DNA of 64,000 nt from an uncultured Methylomirabilota bacterium. GTDB taxonomy: Bacteria; Methylomirabilota; Methylomirabilia; Methylomirabilales; 2-02-FULL-66-22. A program made the position numbers and the translations under genes. Shown here piece by piece: positions 9,639-19,634 of this stretch. The DNA is taken from contig CAWJSJ010000002.1 in assembly GCA_963845565.1 (NCBI GenBank), positions 1,696,001 to 1,760,000 of the forward strand. Reading direction: 5' to 3'. The stretch's first letter is position 1. Every line of letters begins with the position of its first letter. The notes under the pieces are model-generated. The model did no database searches and was not told where the DNA came from. It saw only the letters and a program-made list of their open reading frames with translations.

Positions 9639-10496
9639 ATGTTTGCGAAAGTCCGCACCTATCTGGAGATGATCCGGTTCTCCCATACCGTCTTCGCGCT
9701 TCCCTTTGCCTTTATGGGAGCGATCCTGGCGGCGGGCGGGATTCCCTCGAGCCGGACGCTCTGGTGGATCCTGGTGGCCATGGTGGGGGCGCGGAGCGGC
9801 GCCATGGGAATGAACCGGATCGCCGACCGGCGCCTGGACGCGCTCAATCCTCGAACGCGCGAACGGGCACTGCCCAGCGGCCAGATCGGCCTCGGCGGAG
9901 CCATCGTCTTCGTCGCGGCGGCGTTCGTCGTCTTCCTGGTGGCGGCGTGGATGTTGAATCCACTCTGTTTCGCGCTGGCGCCGGTCGCGGTCCTGATTGT
10001 CTGTGGGTACTCCTACACGAAACGATTCACCACGGGCTCCCACCTGATACTGGGGCTGTCCCTGGCGCTGGCCCCCATCGGCGCCTGGATCGCGGTCCGG
10101 GGAGAGATCGGCGCACCTGCGCTGGTTCTCGGGCTGGGGGTCCTGTTCTGGGTGGCCGGCTTCGACATCGTGTACGCCTTCCAGGACGTCGACTTCGATC
10201 GCCGAGCCGGCCTCTTCTCGATTCCCGCGTGGCTCGGGACGGCCAAAGGCTTGATGATCGCCGGGATCTTCCACGCCCTGACGGTCTGCTGCCTCGCCCT
10301 GCTGATTCCCCTGCTTCGGCTGGGGCCCATCTACGGGATCGGCCTCCTGTGTGCCGCAGGTCTGCTCCTCTACGAGCACGGCCTCGTGCACCGCCACGGC
10401 CTGGCCAAGCTGGACATGGCTTTCTTCAACGTGAACGGCGTCCTGAGCATCGGGATGTTTCTGGCCACCGCGTTGGATGTTCTTCTCGTCAATTGA
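9639..10496 (+). CDS. UbiA-family polyprenyltransferase (MqnP-like, menaquinone biosynthesis)
   Basis: RFSHTVFALPFA, NRIADRRLDALNPRT, YSYTKRFT, GFDIVYAFQD and AFFNVNG motifs. Confidence 0.9.
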   Translation: MFAKVRTYLEMIRFSHTVFALPFAFMGAILAAGGIPSSRTLWWILVAMVGARSGAMGMNRIADRRLDALNPRTRERALPSGQIGLGGAIVFVAAAFVVFLVAAWMLNPLCFALAPVAVLIVCGYSYTKRFTTGSHLILGLSLALAPIGAWIAVRGEIGAPALVLGLGVLFWVAGFDIVYAFQDVDFDRRAGLFSIPAWLGTAKGLMIAGIFHALTVCCLALLIPLLRLGPIYGIGLLCAAGLLLYEHGLVHRHGLAKLDMAFFNVNGVLSIGMFLATALDVLLVN

Positions 10497-10587
10497 AACG
10501 GCCGATCCTGATGGCTCGGGATCGGCTCGTGCGGCACACCGCTTCTGAGTTGCATTCTAACTGGATGCGGAATAACCCGCTTCTCCC

Positions 10588-10750
10588 CAGGCTGCGCAAA
10601 AAGGTCCAGATGCCAGGCGGCGGGCAAAGAGCGGGGTACCCACCGAAGGTGGGTCAAGGCGTACTCCAGGTACGCCGCAACGAGCGCCCGGGCACGCGGG
10701 GTACCCGTCCGGAGGATGGGTCCCCGCAGGTGGGCCTTTTTCGGCAGCCT
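10588..10750 (-). repeat. Repeat family B copy 1 (MITE-like, longer variant, reversed)
   Basis: Inverted ends CAGGCTGCGCAAAAAGG...CCTTTTTCGGCAGCCT; internal blocks match 30915-31043 and 63301-63426 in reverse. Confidence 0.75.
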
Positions 10751-10751
10751 T

Positions 10752-11264
10752 CTAAAACGGCGCGAAGTTGCCCTGGCTCCAGAAGTCGGCACGGATGGCG
10801 GTGTAGAGGCTGTTGAGGGCGTCGAAATGCTGTTGCTCCCAGTCCGCGAGGAACCGGTAGAACTCCCGCACCTCCGCGCTGTCCGCGCTGTCCGCCGCCC
10901 GGTTGAAGTGGGCCATGGCGTTGGTCTCCAGCGTGAGTCCCACCGAGAGGACGCCCATCTCGAACGCGGCACCCTGGGCCTGCTCCTTGAACCGCGTCGT
11001 GAAGACGTGGTCCGTGAGTCCGCTGAGATTCACGGCCGGCTTGGCCACGGCGAAGGCGGCCGCGCCCTCGGTGCCATACCGCTGGCCGACGCCCTTCAGG
11101 TAGGCTTGGTGTTGCACTTCGTCATGGGCCAACTTCTCGAACAGCTCCTTCACGGCGGGCTTGGTCGCCTGTTTCGCGGTCATGGCGTAGAAGGTGTAAC
11201 CGTCCACCTCGATCTGGTAGGCTTTCCGGAGAATCTCCAGGATCTGCGCGCGCGCCTCTGCCAT
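10752..11264 (-). CDS. Ferritin-like/rubrerythrin-family protein
   Basis: EVDGYTFY, LAHDEVQH, ETNAMAHF and LADWEQQH di-iron motifs. Confidence 0.85.
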   Translation of the reverse strand: MAEARAQILEILRKAYQIEVDGYTFYAMTAKQATKPAVKELFEKLAHDEVQHQAYLKGVGQRYGTEGAAAFAVAKPAVNLSGLTDHVFTTRFKEQAQGAAFEMGVLSVGLTLETNAMAHFNRAADSADSAEVREFYRFLADWEQQHFDALNSLYTAIRADFWSQGNFAPF

Positions 11265-11289
11265 CGTCGTTCTCCCGCGGTGGTTCGCC

Positions 11290-12354
11290 TCAGGCCTCCC
11301 GGCCGACCAACTTGAGCCCTGCAGCCACCAATTCCTCCGGTGCCATGATCATTCCGCCCACCCGGCCATAGAAGGTGACGGATTGTCTATCCGCCACGTG
11401 GTACCGTACGTCCTCCAGCATCTGCCCACAGGACAACTCGGAGACCAGGACGTGCTTGGCTCTTGCCGCGGCTTGTGCGAGCGCGTCGCCCGGATACGGG
11501 AACAGCGAGATAGGGCGGAACAGTCCCGCCTTCACCCCCCGCTCCCTCAGGGCGTCGATGGCGGTCTTGCAGATGCGGGCGACGGTGCCGTAGGCCACGA
11601 AGAGGATATCCACATCGCCGTCCAGGCCCCAGGCCTCGTGGCGGCAGTCGTGCTGCGCCATCGCGTCGTATTTCCGCTGCAGCTTCCAGTTGTGCGCCTC
11701 CAGGGCTTCGGGGGCCAAGTGCAGCGAGTTGATGATGTTGGGTGCGCGCCCCTTGGCGCCGGTCGTGGCCCAGGACTTGGGTGGGAGATCCTCCGGCCGG
11801 ATGGAGCGCTTGAACTCCACGGGCTCCATCATCTGGCCCATGATGCCGTCTCCGAGGATCATGACGGGATTCCGGTATTTGTCTGCCAGATCGAAGGCCT
11901 CCTGGACTAGGTCCGCCGCCTCTTGCACGGTGGACGGGGCCAGGACCAGGCAGCGGTAGTCGCCATGGCCGCCACCCTTGACCGCCTGGAAATAGTCTGA
12001 CTGCGAAGGCAGGATGCCGCCGAGGCCCGGGCCGCCGCGCATGATGTTGACGAAGACGACGGGCAGCTCCGCGCCGGCGATATAGGAGATCCCCTCCTGC
12101 ATCAAGCTGATGCCGGGCCCGGAGGAGGAGGTGAAGCAACGGCATCCTGCCCCGGCGGCGCCATAGAGCATGTTGCTGGCCGCCACCTCGCTTTCCGCCT
12201 GCACGTAGGTCCCACCCACCTGGGGCAAGCGCGCGGCGAGGTATTCCGGGATCTCGTTCTGGGGTGTGATGGGATAGCCGAAGAAAAGCCGGCAGCCCGC
12301 TTGGACCGCGGCCTCTCCGATCGCCTCGCAGCCTTTCATGAGCTTCTTGGCCAT
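11290..12354 (-). CDS. vorB: 2-oxoacid:ferredoxin oxidoreductase alpha subunit (2-ketoisovalerate type)
   Basis: FFGYPITPQNE, QAESEVAA, TSSSGPGISL, RGGPGLG and KGGGHGDY motifs. Confidence 0.9.
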   Translation of the reverse strand: MAKKLMKGCEAIGEAAVQAGCRLFFGYPITPQNEIPEYLAARLPQVGGTYVQAESEVAASNMLYGAAGAGCRCFTSSSGPGISLMQEGISYIAGAELPVVFVNIMRGGPGLGGILPSQSDYFQAVKGGGHGDYRCLVLAPSTVQEAADLVQEAFDLADKYRNPVMILGDGIMGQMMEPVEFKRSIRPEDLPPKSWATTGAKGRAPNIINSLHLAPEALEAHNWKLQRKYDAMAQHDCRHEAWGLDGDVDILFVAYGTVARICKTAIDALRERGVKAGLFRPISLFPYPGDALAQAAARAKHVLVSELSCGQMLEDVRYHVADRQSVTFYGRVGGMIMAPEELVAAGLKLVGREA

Positions 12355-12364
12355 GGAGTGCTCC

Positions 12365-12922
12365 TCAGCGCACGGCGGCGGCCGTCTTGGCTTGCCCGAG
12401 GGCGAAGCCGCGGGACAGGGCCGCGTGGTTAATCTCGATCAGCTTGGGTTTGGCGGCGAACGATTCGGTCACGATGGCCTTGACCTGGTCCAGGTCCACC
12501 ATGCTGCTGGCGCCCAGGTATGCGCCCAGCGTCACCATGTTGGCGGCTTTGGGGCTGCCGCATTCGATGGCCACTTCGTTGGCCGGGACCGCCACGACCG
12601 TCACGTCGGTTCGATGGGGCAGGCGATTGATCAGCGAGGTGTTGACCACGATGACGCCGCCCGGCCGCACCGTGTCCTCGAACTTGTCCAGGGAGGGAAG
12701 GTTCAGGGCGATGAGACCGTGCGGCGACTTGCTGATGGGGGACCCGATGGGCCGGTCGGAGAGCACCACCGTGCAGTTGCAGGTCCCGCCCCGCATCTCT
12801 GGACCGTAGGCGGGCATCCAGGTGACCTCGCGGCCCATCTTCATGCCGGCATACGCGAGCAGCTTGCCGATGAGCAGCACGCCCTGGCCGCCAAAGCCCG
12901 CAAGAATGATCTCGGTATGCAT
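12365..12922 (-). CDS. 2-oxoacid:ferredoxin oxidoreductase gamma subunit
   Basis: AGFGGQGV and YGPEMRGGT motifs. Confidence 0.92.
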   Translation of the reverse strand: MHTEIILAGFGGQGVLLIGKLLAYAGMKMGREVTWMPAYGPEMRGGTCNCTVVLSDRPIGSPISKSPHGLIALNLPSLDKFEDTVRPGGVIVVNTSLINRLPHRTDVTVVAVPANEVAIECGSPKAANMVTLGAYLGASSMVDLDQVKAIVTESFAAKPKLIEINHAALSRGFALGQAKTAAAVR

Positions 12923-12924
12923 GA

Positions 12925-13890
12925 CTATCGCTCCGTTTCCTTGACCACACCCTGCTCAGGGTTCTTGAACTCCCCCAGGGGGTAATACGGGATCATGTGC
13001 TCCGCCAGCCAGCCACAGGCCTCGTGGGGCATGAGGCCCCAGCCGGTGGGGCAGGTGGAGAGGATCTCGATCAACGAGAAACAGGTGCCTTTTACCTGGT
13101 GCTGGAAAGCGGTGCGGATGGCCTTCCGGGCCTGGAGGGTGGCCTTGGCGTCATGGACCGACACGCGCGCCAGATAGGCCGGGGTCTTGAGCTCCTTGAG
13201 GAGTTCCACCACCCGGATGGGATACCCGGCCAGGGCCACGTCCCGGCCGAGCGGGCTGGTGGACGCCACCTGGCCCGGCAGCGTGGTCGGAGCCATCTGC
13301 CCCCCCGTCATGCCGTAGATGGCGTTGTTCACGAAGATGACCGTGACCTTTTCGCCCCGGTTGGCGGTGTGAATCGTCTCGGCCATGCCGATGGACGCCA
13401 GGTCGCCGTCCCCTTGATAGGTGAATACGATCAACTCAGGCCGACCCCGCTTGATGCCGGTGGCCACGGCCATGGCTCGGCCGTGCGCCGCCTCGTGCAT
13501 GTCGCAGTTGAAGTACTCGTAGGCCAGGACGCCGCAACCCACCGGTGCTACGCCCACCGTGCGCTCCCGGACGCCGAGGGCGTCGATCGCCTCGGCCACC
13601 AGCCGGTGGATCACGCCGTGGGTGCAGCCCGGGCAATAGTGCATGGGGAGATCGTTGAGCGCCTCGGGCCGGTCCGTGGTCTTGCCCTTCACCTCCACCT
13701 GGACGGCCACATCCGGGCAAACGAGGGCGCAGTGGAGGCACCCGTTGCAGTCGTCCGGGTGCTCCACCATGGGGTAAAAGTACCCCTTGGCGTTGATCTC
13801 CTGGGTCATGGCCAGCACATGGGAGGGGCAGGCGCTCACGCACAGCCCGCACCCTTTGCACCGGTCCTTCTCCACGAGCACGGTCGGCAT
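12925..13890 (-). CDS. Fusion of 2x[4Fe-4S] delta subunit and TPP-binding beta subunit of 2-oxoacid:ferredoxin oxidoreductase
   Basis: [12 protein letters not shown] and [12 protein letters not shown], then YCPGCTH, HGRA, GDGD and [11 protein letters not shown]. Confidence 0.9.
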   Translation of the reverse strand: MPTVLVEKDRCKGCGLCVSACPSHVLAMTQEINAKGYFYPMVEHPDDCNGCLHCALVCPDVAVQVEVKGKTTDRPEALNDLPMHYCPGCTHGVIHRLVAEAIDALGVRERTVGVAPVGCGVLAYEYFNCDMHEAAHGRAMAVATGIKRGRPELIVFTYQGDGDLASIGMAETIHTANRGEKVTVIFVNNAIYGMTGGQMAPTTLPGQVASTSPLGRDVALAGYPIRVVELLKELKTPAYLARVSVHDAKATLQARKAIRTAFQHQVKGTCFSLIEILSTCPTGWGLMPHEACGWLAEHMIPYYPLGEFKNPEQGVVKETER

Positions 13891-13915
13891 GCCAGACTCC
13901 TTTCTTGCCCTCGCC

Positions 13916-14020
13916 TTAGGAGCCGTTACGAAATAACCTATACATCTCTTTCTATTTCGTTACGGCTCCTTATGCCGTTTCGGAATGTCTCCGCTCAATA
14001 TATTCTTTGACAACGGCTTA
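13916..14020 (+). repeat. Repeat family A copy 2
   Basis: Near identical to 5988-6092. Its terminal TTA is the TAA stop of the 14018-14797 gene. Confidence 0.9.
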
Positions 14021-14797
14021 TACGACCGTCGAGCTCCGGCGCACCCCGCGTAGCCTGGGCGCGAACGGGGCCACGATGTGTCGCTCCATTACCAGGATCG
14101 GCAGTCGGTCCGCCGTTCCGTCCGGCCCGCCGAACGCCTCGGCCAGGCTGCGCTGCATGGCACAGAACCGGATCGGGATACCGGTGGCCGCCTCCAGGTC
14201 TCGCGCGGACCGGATGCCCGCCCGGACGATCTCGGGTGTGGTTTCGTCCATCAGGTGGGTGTTGGCCACCAAGCCGGTCACCTCCAGGCGCGCCGCGGTC
14301 TCGACTTCTCGGAGCATGGTCCGCATGGCGGACACATCTTCGGCAAACGGCCGGTTGGCGTTCACCACGAACAGCATGTCCGCGGCGTCGCGATCCACCA
14401 GGCCGGACATACTCCCCAGCACCCGGGCCCCCAGATCATCGCCCCCCACATCGAGGATGGTCCGGGTGTCCGAGCCGCCGCCGTTCCGCACGGCCGTCCG
14501 CGCCTCGGGGACCAGGATGGGCAAGTCGGCAAAGAACCGGTCGCCAGCGGGGGCGACCAGCCGAATTCCGCGAGCCTCCAAGTCGTCCTTCGCGAGCCGA
14601 CACCGGAAGTACGGCTTCACGAGGTCGAGGTCGATCACTGTGACCTCGGCCCCATTCTTCCGCAGGCCGAAGGCCAGGTTGATCGCGATCTCGGTCTTGC
14701 CGCTGCCGAAGTGACCGACAAGGATGGTCACCGGGCGCGTCAATGCATCGAGGGCCAGACCCTCCGTCGTCGAGCCGGGCACGCTACGGGTATCCAC
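14018..14797 (-). CDS. P-loop ATPase (MinD/CbiA-like) of the type found upstream of vor operons
   Basis: GHFGSGKTE, DLDLVKPYFR, DVGGDDLGA, NANRP and NTHL motifs. Confidence 0.8.
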   Translation of the reverse strand: MDTRSVPGSTTEGLALDALTRPVTILVGHFGSGKTEIAINLAFGLRKNGAEVTVIDLDLVKPYFRCRLAKDDLEARGIRLVAPAGDRFFADLPILVPEARTAVRNGGGSDTRTILDVGGDDLGARVLGSMSGLVDRDAADMLFVVNANRPFAEDVSAMRTMLREVETAARLEVTGLVANTHLMDETTPEIVRAGIRSARDLEAATGIPIRFCAMQRSLAEAFGGPDGTADRLPILVMERHIVAPFAPRLRGVRRSSTVV

Positions 14798-14886
14798 CGT
14801 CCCCGCACCTCCTGCGCCGCCGTGCGGCCGCGACGGCCATCAGGTTGGGATTGTGGAACTGAGAACCGTTGCGGCTTTCTCGTCCG

Positions 14887-14915
14887 AACATAGGACGGCT
14901 CCCGCGTGAAGTCAA
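14887..14915 (-). promoter_or_regulatory. sigma70-type promoter of ATPase-vor operon
   Basis: TTGACT-N17-TATGTT on the minus strand. Confidence 0.45.
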
Positions 14916-15015
14916 GCGGGGCATAGGGAAACTCAGGCCGACAGGACATCTTATGCGAGGAGCGGAGAGCGCAGGCGTCGCCCGAACGGCGCGCGAGACG
15001 TTGACAGGCACGGGC

Positions 15016-15420
15016 CTACTCCTCGGTCGCGCCGGCGCCGAAGAAATTGGCGTCCCCGTAGATCTCGGCGTGGTCGCCATAGGACCGAACCTTTTCTTTG
15101 GTGACGAAGTAGGTGGCGTGCTCGCCGTATTTGCGGGAGAAGTGGAGGTGACCCCTGGTCCCGTCCTCCAGCCGGAAACCGAGCTCGGCCAAGTGGGTAT
15201 TGACGGCGCTTCGGAGGTTCATCCCACAGGCCGGGCAAAAGAAATCCACCTCGTCGCCGGGTCGGAGCGTCACGTCATCGGGGAGGATGACCCGGTAGTT
15301 GCCGGGCTGCGGGCTGAACAGAATCAGGCTGCGCCGTTTTCCCTTCGCCATGGCGAGGATGAGCTTCACGTTCGGGTTGAGCGTCGCCTGGCAGTCGGGG
15401 CAGAAGTACGTGCGCTTCAT
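15016..15420 (-). CDS. Uncharacterised protein with two CPxC motifs (putative Zn-binding)
   Basis: FCPDCQ and FCPACG; coding-like codon usage. Confidence 0.7.
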   Translation of the reverse strand: MKRTYFCPDCQATLNPNVKLILAMAKGKRRSLILFSPQPGNYRVILPDDVTLRPGDEVDFFCPACGMNLRSAVNTHLAELGFRLEDGTRGHLHFSRKYGEHATYFVTKEKVRSYGDHAEIYGDANFFGAGATEE

Positions 15421-15572
15421 CGCCGGCCTCGCTTTCGCAAACAGGCGGATCCCGTGGGGACATCACGATCTCAAAAAGAGGCGGCGTGTCGAAGAGCCGC
15501 TGTTGCGGAGCGTTCCGCGCAGCCGGTCTCGTTGGGGGAGACCGGCTGCGCGGCGTCCGTCGCACCGAAGGC

Positions 15573-16637
15573 CTACTTCGGATCGAGCTTCTGGATGATT
15601 CGGCGGTAGTTCAGTCGTTCTCGCAGGAGTTCCTGGGCACGGCGAACCTTGGGGGCCTCCCGGATCCGGATCCGGCCCAGAACCGCCTCCAGCTTCTCCA
15701 CCGTTGCCAAGGTGTCATGGGACACCACGACGATCGGGACGCCTGCCTCGCGCGCGCGGGCAATGATGATCTGGTTGGGCATCTGGTCGCCCGTCAGCAC
15801 CAGGCATCGGGTGGAGGTCTCCAGGGCGGCGAGTTGAATGTCGACGCGGTTCCCGCCGGTGATGACCGCCTTGTTGGGGAGCCGCTGGAAATATCCCAGC
15901 GCCGCGCCGGTGTCCATGGCGCCGACGCTGAACCGCTCCACGAACTCGTCCAGGGCCTTTTCGCCGCAGATCACCCTCCCGTCAAGAATCTCGACCATTT
16001 GCCGGACGGTGACGGCGTCCAGCAGGCGATCCAGGGGGATCACGCCCAGGACTTCGATCCCCTTGGACGCCAGGAAGGGGACGATAACCTGTTCCGCCTC
16101 CGGCAGGCCCTGGGGCGTCACCCGGTTCAGGACGACCCCCATGAGCATGTCGCCGAGAATCTCCCGGGCCATCAGGATGTCGTCGACGCAGGTCTCGTTC
16201 TGGTGCGGGTCCACCAGGAGGACCGGGGCCTTGAATTCCTTGATCAGTCCGACGGTCGGAACACCCAGGAATCCGCCATCGGCAAGGGTGCCCGCCCCGC
16301 CCATCAGGAGCACGTCTTTGCCGGCCGAGACGGCCTCGAAGGCCTTCTGAATACGCGACCGGGTATCGGTGACCTCGCCTCGGAGCGCTCGAAAAAAGAG
16401 GTCCTGCGTCACCACCACGGGGCAGATCTGCTCGAGCGGCTCGGCGAGGTGGAGTGCCTCTTTCAAGAACTGGGCGTCGGCGTCGACCACCTTGCCGCCG
16501 ACCGTGGTCGGTTGCTTCCCCAGCGGTTTGAAGAAGCCCACCTTGTAGCCGTTGTCCTGCAACGCCGGCGCGAGTCCGATGGTGATCATCGTCTTGCCCG
16601 AGTTTCCAACCGTCGATCCGATGAACAGGGTCCGCAT
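15573..16637 (-). CDS. Phosphotransacetylase N-terminal-like (AAA_26 + DRTGG) protein
   Basis: GNSGKT, GFFKPLG, VGAM, AVITGGNRVDIQLAALE and LVLTG motifs. Confidence 0.88.
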   Translation of the reverse strand: MRTLFIGSTVGNSGKTMITIGLAPALQDNGYKVGFFKPLGKQPTTVGGKVVDADAQFLKEALHLAEPLEQICPVVVTQDLFFRALRGEVTDTRSRIQKAFEAVSAGKDVLLMGGAGTLADGGFLGVPTVGLIKEFKAPVLLVDPHQNETCVDDILMAREILGDMLMGVVLNRVTPQGLPEAEQVIVPFLASKGIEVLGVIPLDRLLDAVTVRQMVEILDGRVICGEKALDEFVERFSVGAMDTGAALGYFQRLPNKAVITGGNRVDIQLAALETSTRCLVLTGDQMPNQIIIARAREAGVPIVVVSHDTLATVEKLEAVLGRIRIREAPKVRRAQELLRERLNYRRIIQKLDPK

Positions 16638-16699
16638 GGTGTCCCTCCCTTCGTGTGGTCGCACGATGCCGCCACTCGGAGTCGAGTGCTGCTGCTCGA

Positions 16700-18793
16700 T
16701 TAGGTGGCCAAAGCCAGCCGGGCGTCGATCGCCACGGCGCCTCCTCCTTCCGGCTTCACCAGCAGCGGGTTGACATCCAGTTCGAGGATCTCCGGGAAAT
16801 CGACACAGAGCTGGGAGAGTCGCCCCAGCGCATCCACCATGGCGGGCATGTCCGACGGCTTCTCGCCCCGGACGCCACGCAGCAGGGGGAACGACTGGAT
16901 CTCGCGGATCATGGCCTCGGCCTCGTCCGGGCCGATCGGGGCCACCCGGAACGCCACATCCTTGAGCACCTCGACATAGATGCCGCCCAGACCGAACATG
17001 AGGAGCGGCCCGAACGACGGATCGCGGGTCATCCCCAGGATGACTTCCTTGCCGCCGGCCACCATCTCCTGCACGGCGATTCCCTGGATGACCGCCGCAG
17101 GGAAGAAGCGGCGCACGCTGGCGTCGATCCCCTGAAACCCCTGGGCTACCGCATCCGCGTCCTGAAGGTTTAGCCGGACGCCACCCACGTCGGTCTTGTG
17201 CAGGATGTCCGGCGAGACGATCTTGAGGGCGACCGGGAATCCGATGCGTGCGGCCGTGGCAACCGCCTCGTCCACGGTGCGGGTCAGGACGTTCTGGGGG
17301 AGGCGAAAGCCGTAGGCCGAGATCACCTCGCGCGCCTCGCGCTCCCCGAGTTGATTCCGCCCCTGACGGCGGACCGCCTCGAAGAGCTGCGCCACCCGGG
17401 CCCGGTCCACGGAGAAGTGCTGCGGCGCCGCGGGTGCGGAGTTGAGCCAGGTCCGGTACTTGACCATGGCTTCGAAGGTCTTGACGGCCGGCTCGGGATA
17501 CGGGTACTGGGGGACGCTGTACTGCCGGAGGATGGCGCGTGCCTTGGTGAGGCTGGCCTCGCCCATGAAGGCCGTGAAGAGCGGTTTTTTTCCGGCTGCG
17601 GCAGCCTGACCGGCCGCCTCGGCGAACTTGTCGTAGTCGGTCATGGCCTGGGGTGTGCACAGGGCCAGGACGCCGTCCACGCCGGGGTCGGCCGCCACGG
17701 CGTCCAGCGCGGCCTTGTAGCGATCCTCCTTGGCGTCGCCGATGACGTCCACCGGATTATAGAGGGCCGCCGTCGGCGGCAGGGCCACCCGCAGCCGCTC
17801 CACCGTCGCCGGGCTCAGGCTGGCCATCTTCACCAGCGAGCGCTCCACGGCGTCCGCGGCGATGATCCCCGGACCGCCGGCGTTGGTCACGATGCAGAGG
17901 TTCGGCCCTTCGGGGAGGGGCTGGTAGGCGAAAGCCCGGGCGAAGTCGAACAACTCTTCGATACTGTCGGCGCGCAGCACCCCCGCCTGGCGGAAGGCCG
18001 CAGTGAAGGCCCGGTCGGACCCGGCCAGCGTGCCGGTGTGGGAAGAGGCGGCGCGCGCCCCGGCCGTGGTCCGGCCAGATTTCACGATGATCAGCGGTTT
18101 CTTCCGGCTGGCGGCTTTGGCGACTTCCATGAAGCGCTGGCCGTTCTCCACCCCCTCGACGTACCCGATCACCACCCGGGTCTCTGGGTCGGCAGCCAGG
18201 GCCTCGATGAAATCGACCTCGGAGGAGTCGGCCTTGTTTCCCAGGCTGATGAATTTGGAGAAGCCGACCTCGTTGCCGATGGCCCAGTCCAGGATGGCTG
18301 TGCAAAGGGCGCCGGACTGGGAGAAGAACCCGATCTCGCCCACCGGAGGCATCCCGGCGGCAAAGGTGGCGTTCAGGCAGCTCTTCGTGTCGATCACGCC
18401 CAGACAGTTCGGGCCGATGACCCGGATTCCCAGCTCTCGAACACGGGTGCGCAGGGCCTTCTCCAACTCGGCCCCCTCGCCGCCCACCTCTTTGAAGCCG
18501 GCCGAGATCACGATGGCGTACCGGATGCCCCTGGCGGCGCACGCCTCCAGCGCGGGGAGGCATGCCTTGGGCGGGATCACCAGGACGGCCAGGTCCGCGT
18601 CCGGCGGAAGGTCCTTGACGTCGGGATAGGAGGCGAGGCCCAGAATCTCGCTAGCCTTGGGGTTGACGGGGTAGATGGGGCCGGGGAATCCCCCCCGGAT
18701 AAGGTTCATGGTGATGCTGAAGCCGACCTTGCCCTCTTCCCGGGATGCGCCGACGACGGCAACCGCCTTGGGTTTGAAGAATCCATCCAGCAT
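16700..18793 (-). CDS. Acetate/acyl-CoA ligase (ADP-forming), alpha-beta fusion
   Basis: VAVVGAS, GPNCLG, SQSGA, SHTG catalytic His, NPVDVIG, HKTDVGGV and ELDVNP motifs. Confidence 0.93.
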   Translation of the reverse strand: MLDGFFKPKAVAVVGASREEGKVGFSITMNLIRGGFPGPIYPVNPKASEILGLASYPDVKDLPPDADLAVLVIPPKACLPALEACAARGIRYAIVISAGFKEVGGEGAELEKALRTRVRELGIRVIGPNCLGVIDTKSCLNATFAAGMPPVGEIGFFSQSGALCTAILDWAIGNEVGFSKFISLGNKADSSEVDFIEALAADPETRVVIGYVEGVENGQRFMEVAKAASRKKPLIIVKSGRTTAGARAASSHTGTLAGSDRAFTAAFRQAGVLRADSIEELFDFARAFAYQPLPEGPNLCIVTNAGGPGIIAADAVERSLVKMASLSPATVERLRVALPPTAALYNPVDVIGDAKEDRYKAALDAVAADPGVDGVLALCTPQAMTDYDKFAEAAGQAAAAGKKPLFTAFMGEASLTKARAILRQYSVPQYPYPEPAVKTFEAMVKYRTWLNSAPAAPQHFSVDRARVAQLFEAVRRQGRNQLGEREAREVISAYGFRLPQNVLTRTVDEAVATAARIGFPVALKIVSPDILHKTDVGGVRLNLQDADAVAQGFQGIDASVRRFFPAAVIQGIAVQEMVAGGKEVILGMTRDPSFGPLLMFGLGGIYVEVLKDVAFRVAPIGPDEAEAMIREIQSFPLLRGVRGEKPSDMPAMVDALGRLSQLCVDFPEILELDVNPLLVKPEGGGAVAIDARLALAT

Positions 18794-18927
18794 AGTGTCC
18801 CCTCCGTCCTCCGATGATGGAGACGCAAAGTCCAGGGGTCTCCCGCGGAGTCCCCTGGACTTTTCTGCGGAGCGCCGGAGCCCCCCTCCGTTGTTCGATG
18901 CGTCCCGTGCGCGCGGAATCTTCCGAC

Positions 18928-19572
18928 CTACGCGATGGCCGAGAGCACCGTGTGGCCGCTCGCCTCGAGTCGCTTGACAAGCGGATCCAGCGCCACGCCT
19001 TCCAGACGGAAGAGCATGACCTTCTTTGGCTCCCCACGGTGCGAAGCCGTGGCTGTGACGACGCTGACGATGTCCCCGCCCTGGTCCTGAACGATCCGGC
19101 AGGCATCCAGGAAGGCCCCGGCGCGTTCTTCCAGGACCAGTTCCAGCCGCGTCTGCTCGGCCTGGATGCCCATCACCTCCACGAAGGCACTCAGGATGTC
19201 GGTCTCGGTGATGATCCCGACGAGCGCCATTCCCCGGAGGACCGGCAGGCTGCCGATGCGATGCGTGAGCATCAGGCGGGCGGCCGCCTCGATGGGCATC
19301 TCGGGCATCGCAGTCACGACCTCGGATGTCATGATATCACGGATCTTGATCTTCTCCAGCAGGTAGTGCAGTTCGTGGACCTCGAGGCTGGTGGCGGCAG
19401 ACGGAGAGGCCTGGCGTACGTCGCGGTCGGTGACGATCCCGACCAATCGCCCCCCCTCCACCACGGGCAAATGACGAATCCCGCGCTGGCGGATGAGGTT
19501 CATGGCGTGCCGGAACGAATCCTGGGGCCCGACCGTAATCGGGTTGGCTTTCATCCACCTCTCGACAAGCAT
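18928..19572 (-). CDS. CBS-pair + ACT domain protein (AcuB-like)
   Basis: IRHLPVV, GIVTDRDVRQASPS, SLEVHELHYLL, GIITETD, and a C-terminal ACT-like segment. Confidence 0.88.
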   Translation of the reverse strand: MLVERWMKANPITVGPQDSFRHAMNLIRQRGIRHLPVVEGGRLVGIVTDRDVRQASPSAATSLEVHELHYLLEKIKIRDIMTSEVVTAMPEMPIEAAARLMLTHRIGSLPVLRGMALVGIITETDILSAFVEVMGIQAEQTRLELVLEERAGAFLDACRIVQDQGGDIVSVVTATASHRGEPKKVMLFRLEGVALDPLVKRLEASGHTVLSAIA

Positions 19573-19634
19573 GGCCCCCTCCGAGGTAGCGGTCCCGCGC
19601 GCCGCCGGGTCAGGGCTCTGCGACTGGGGAGGAA

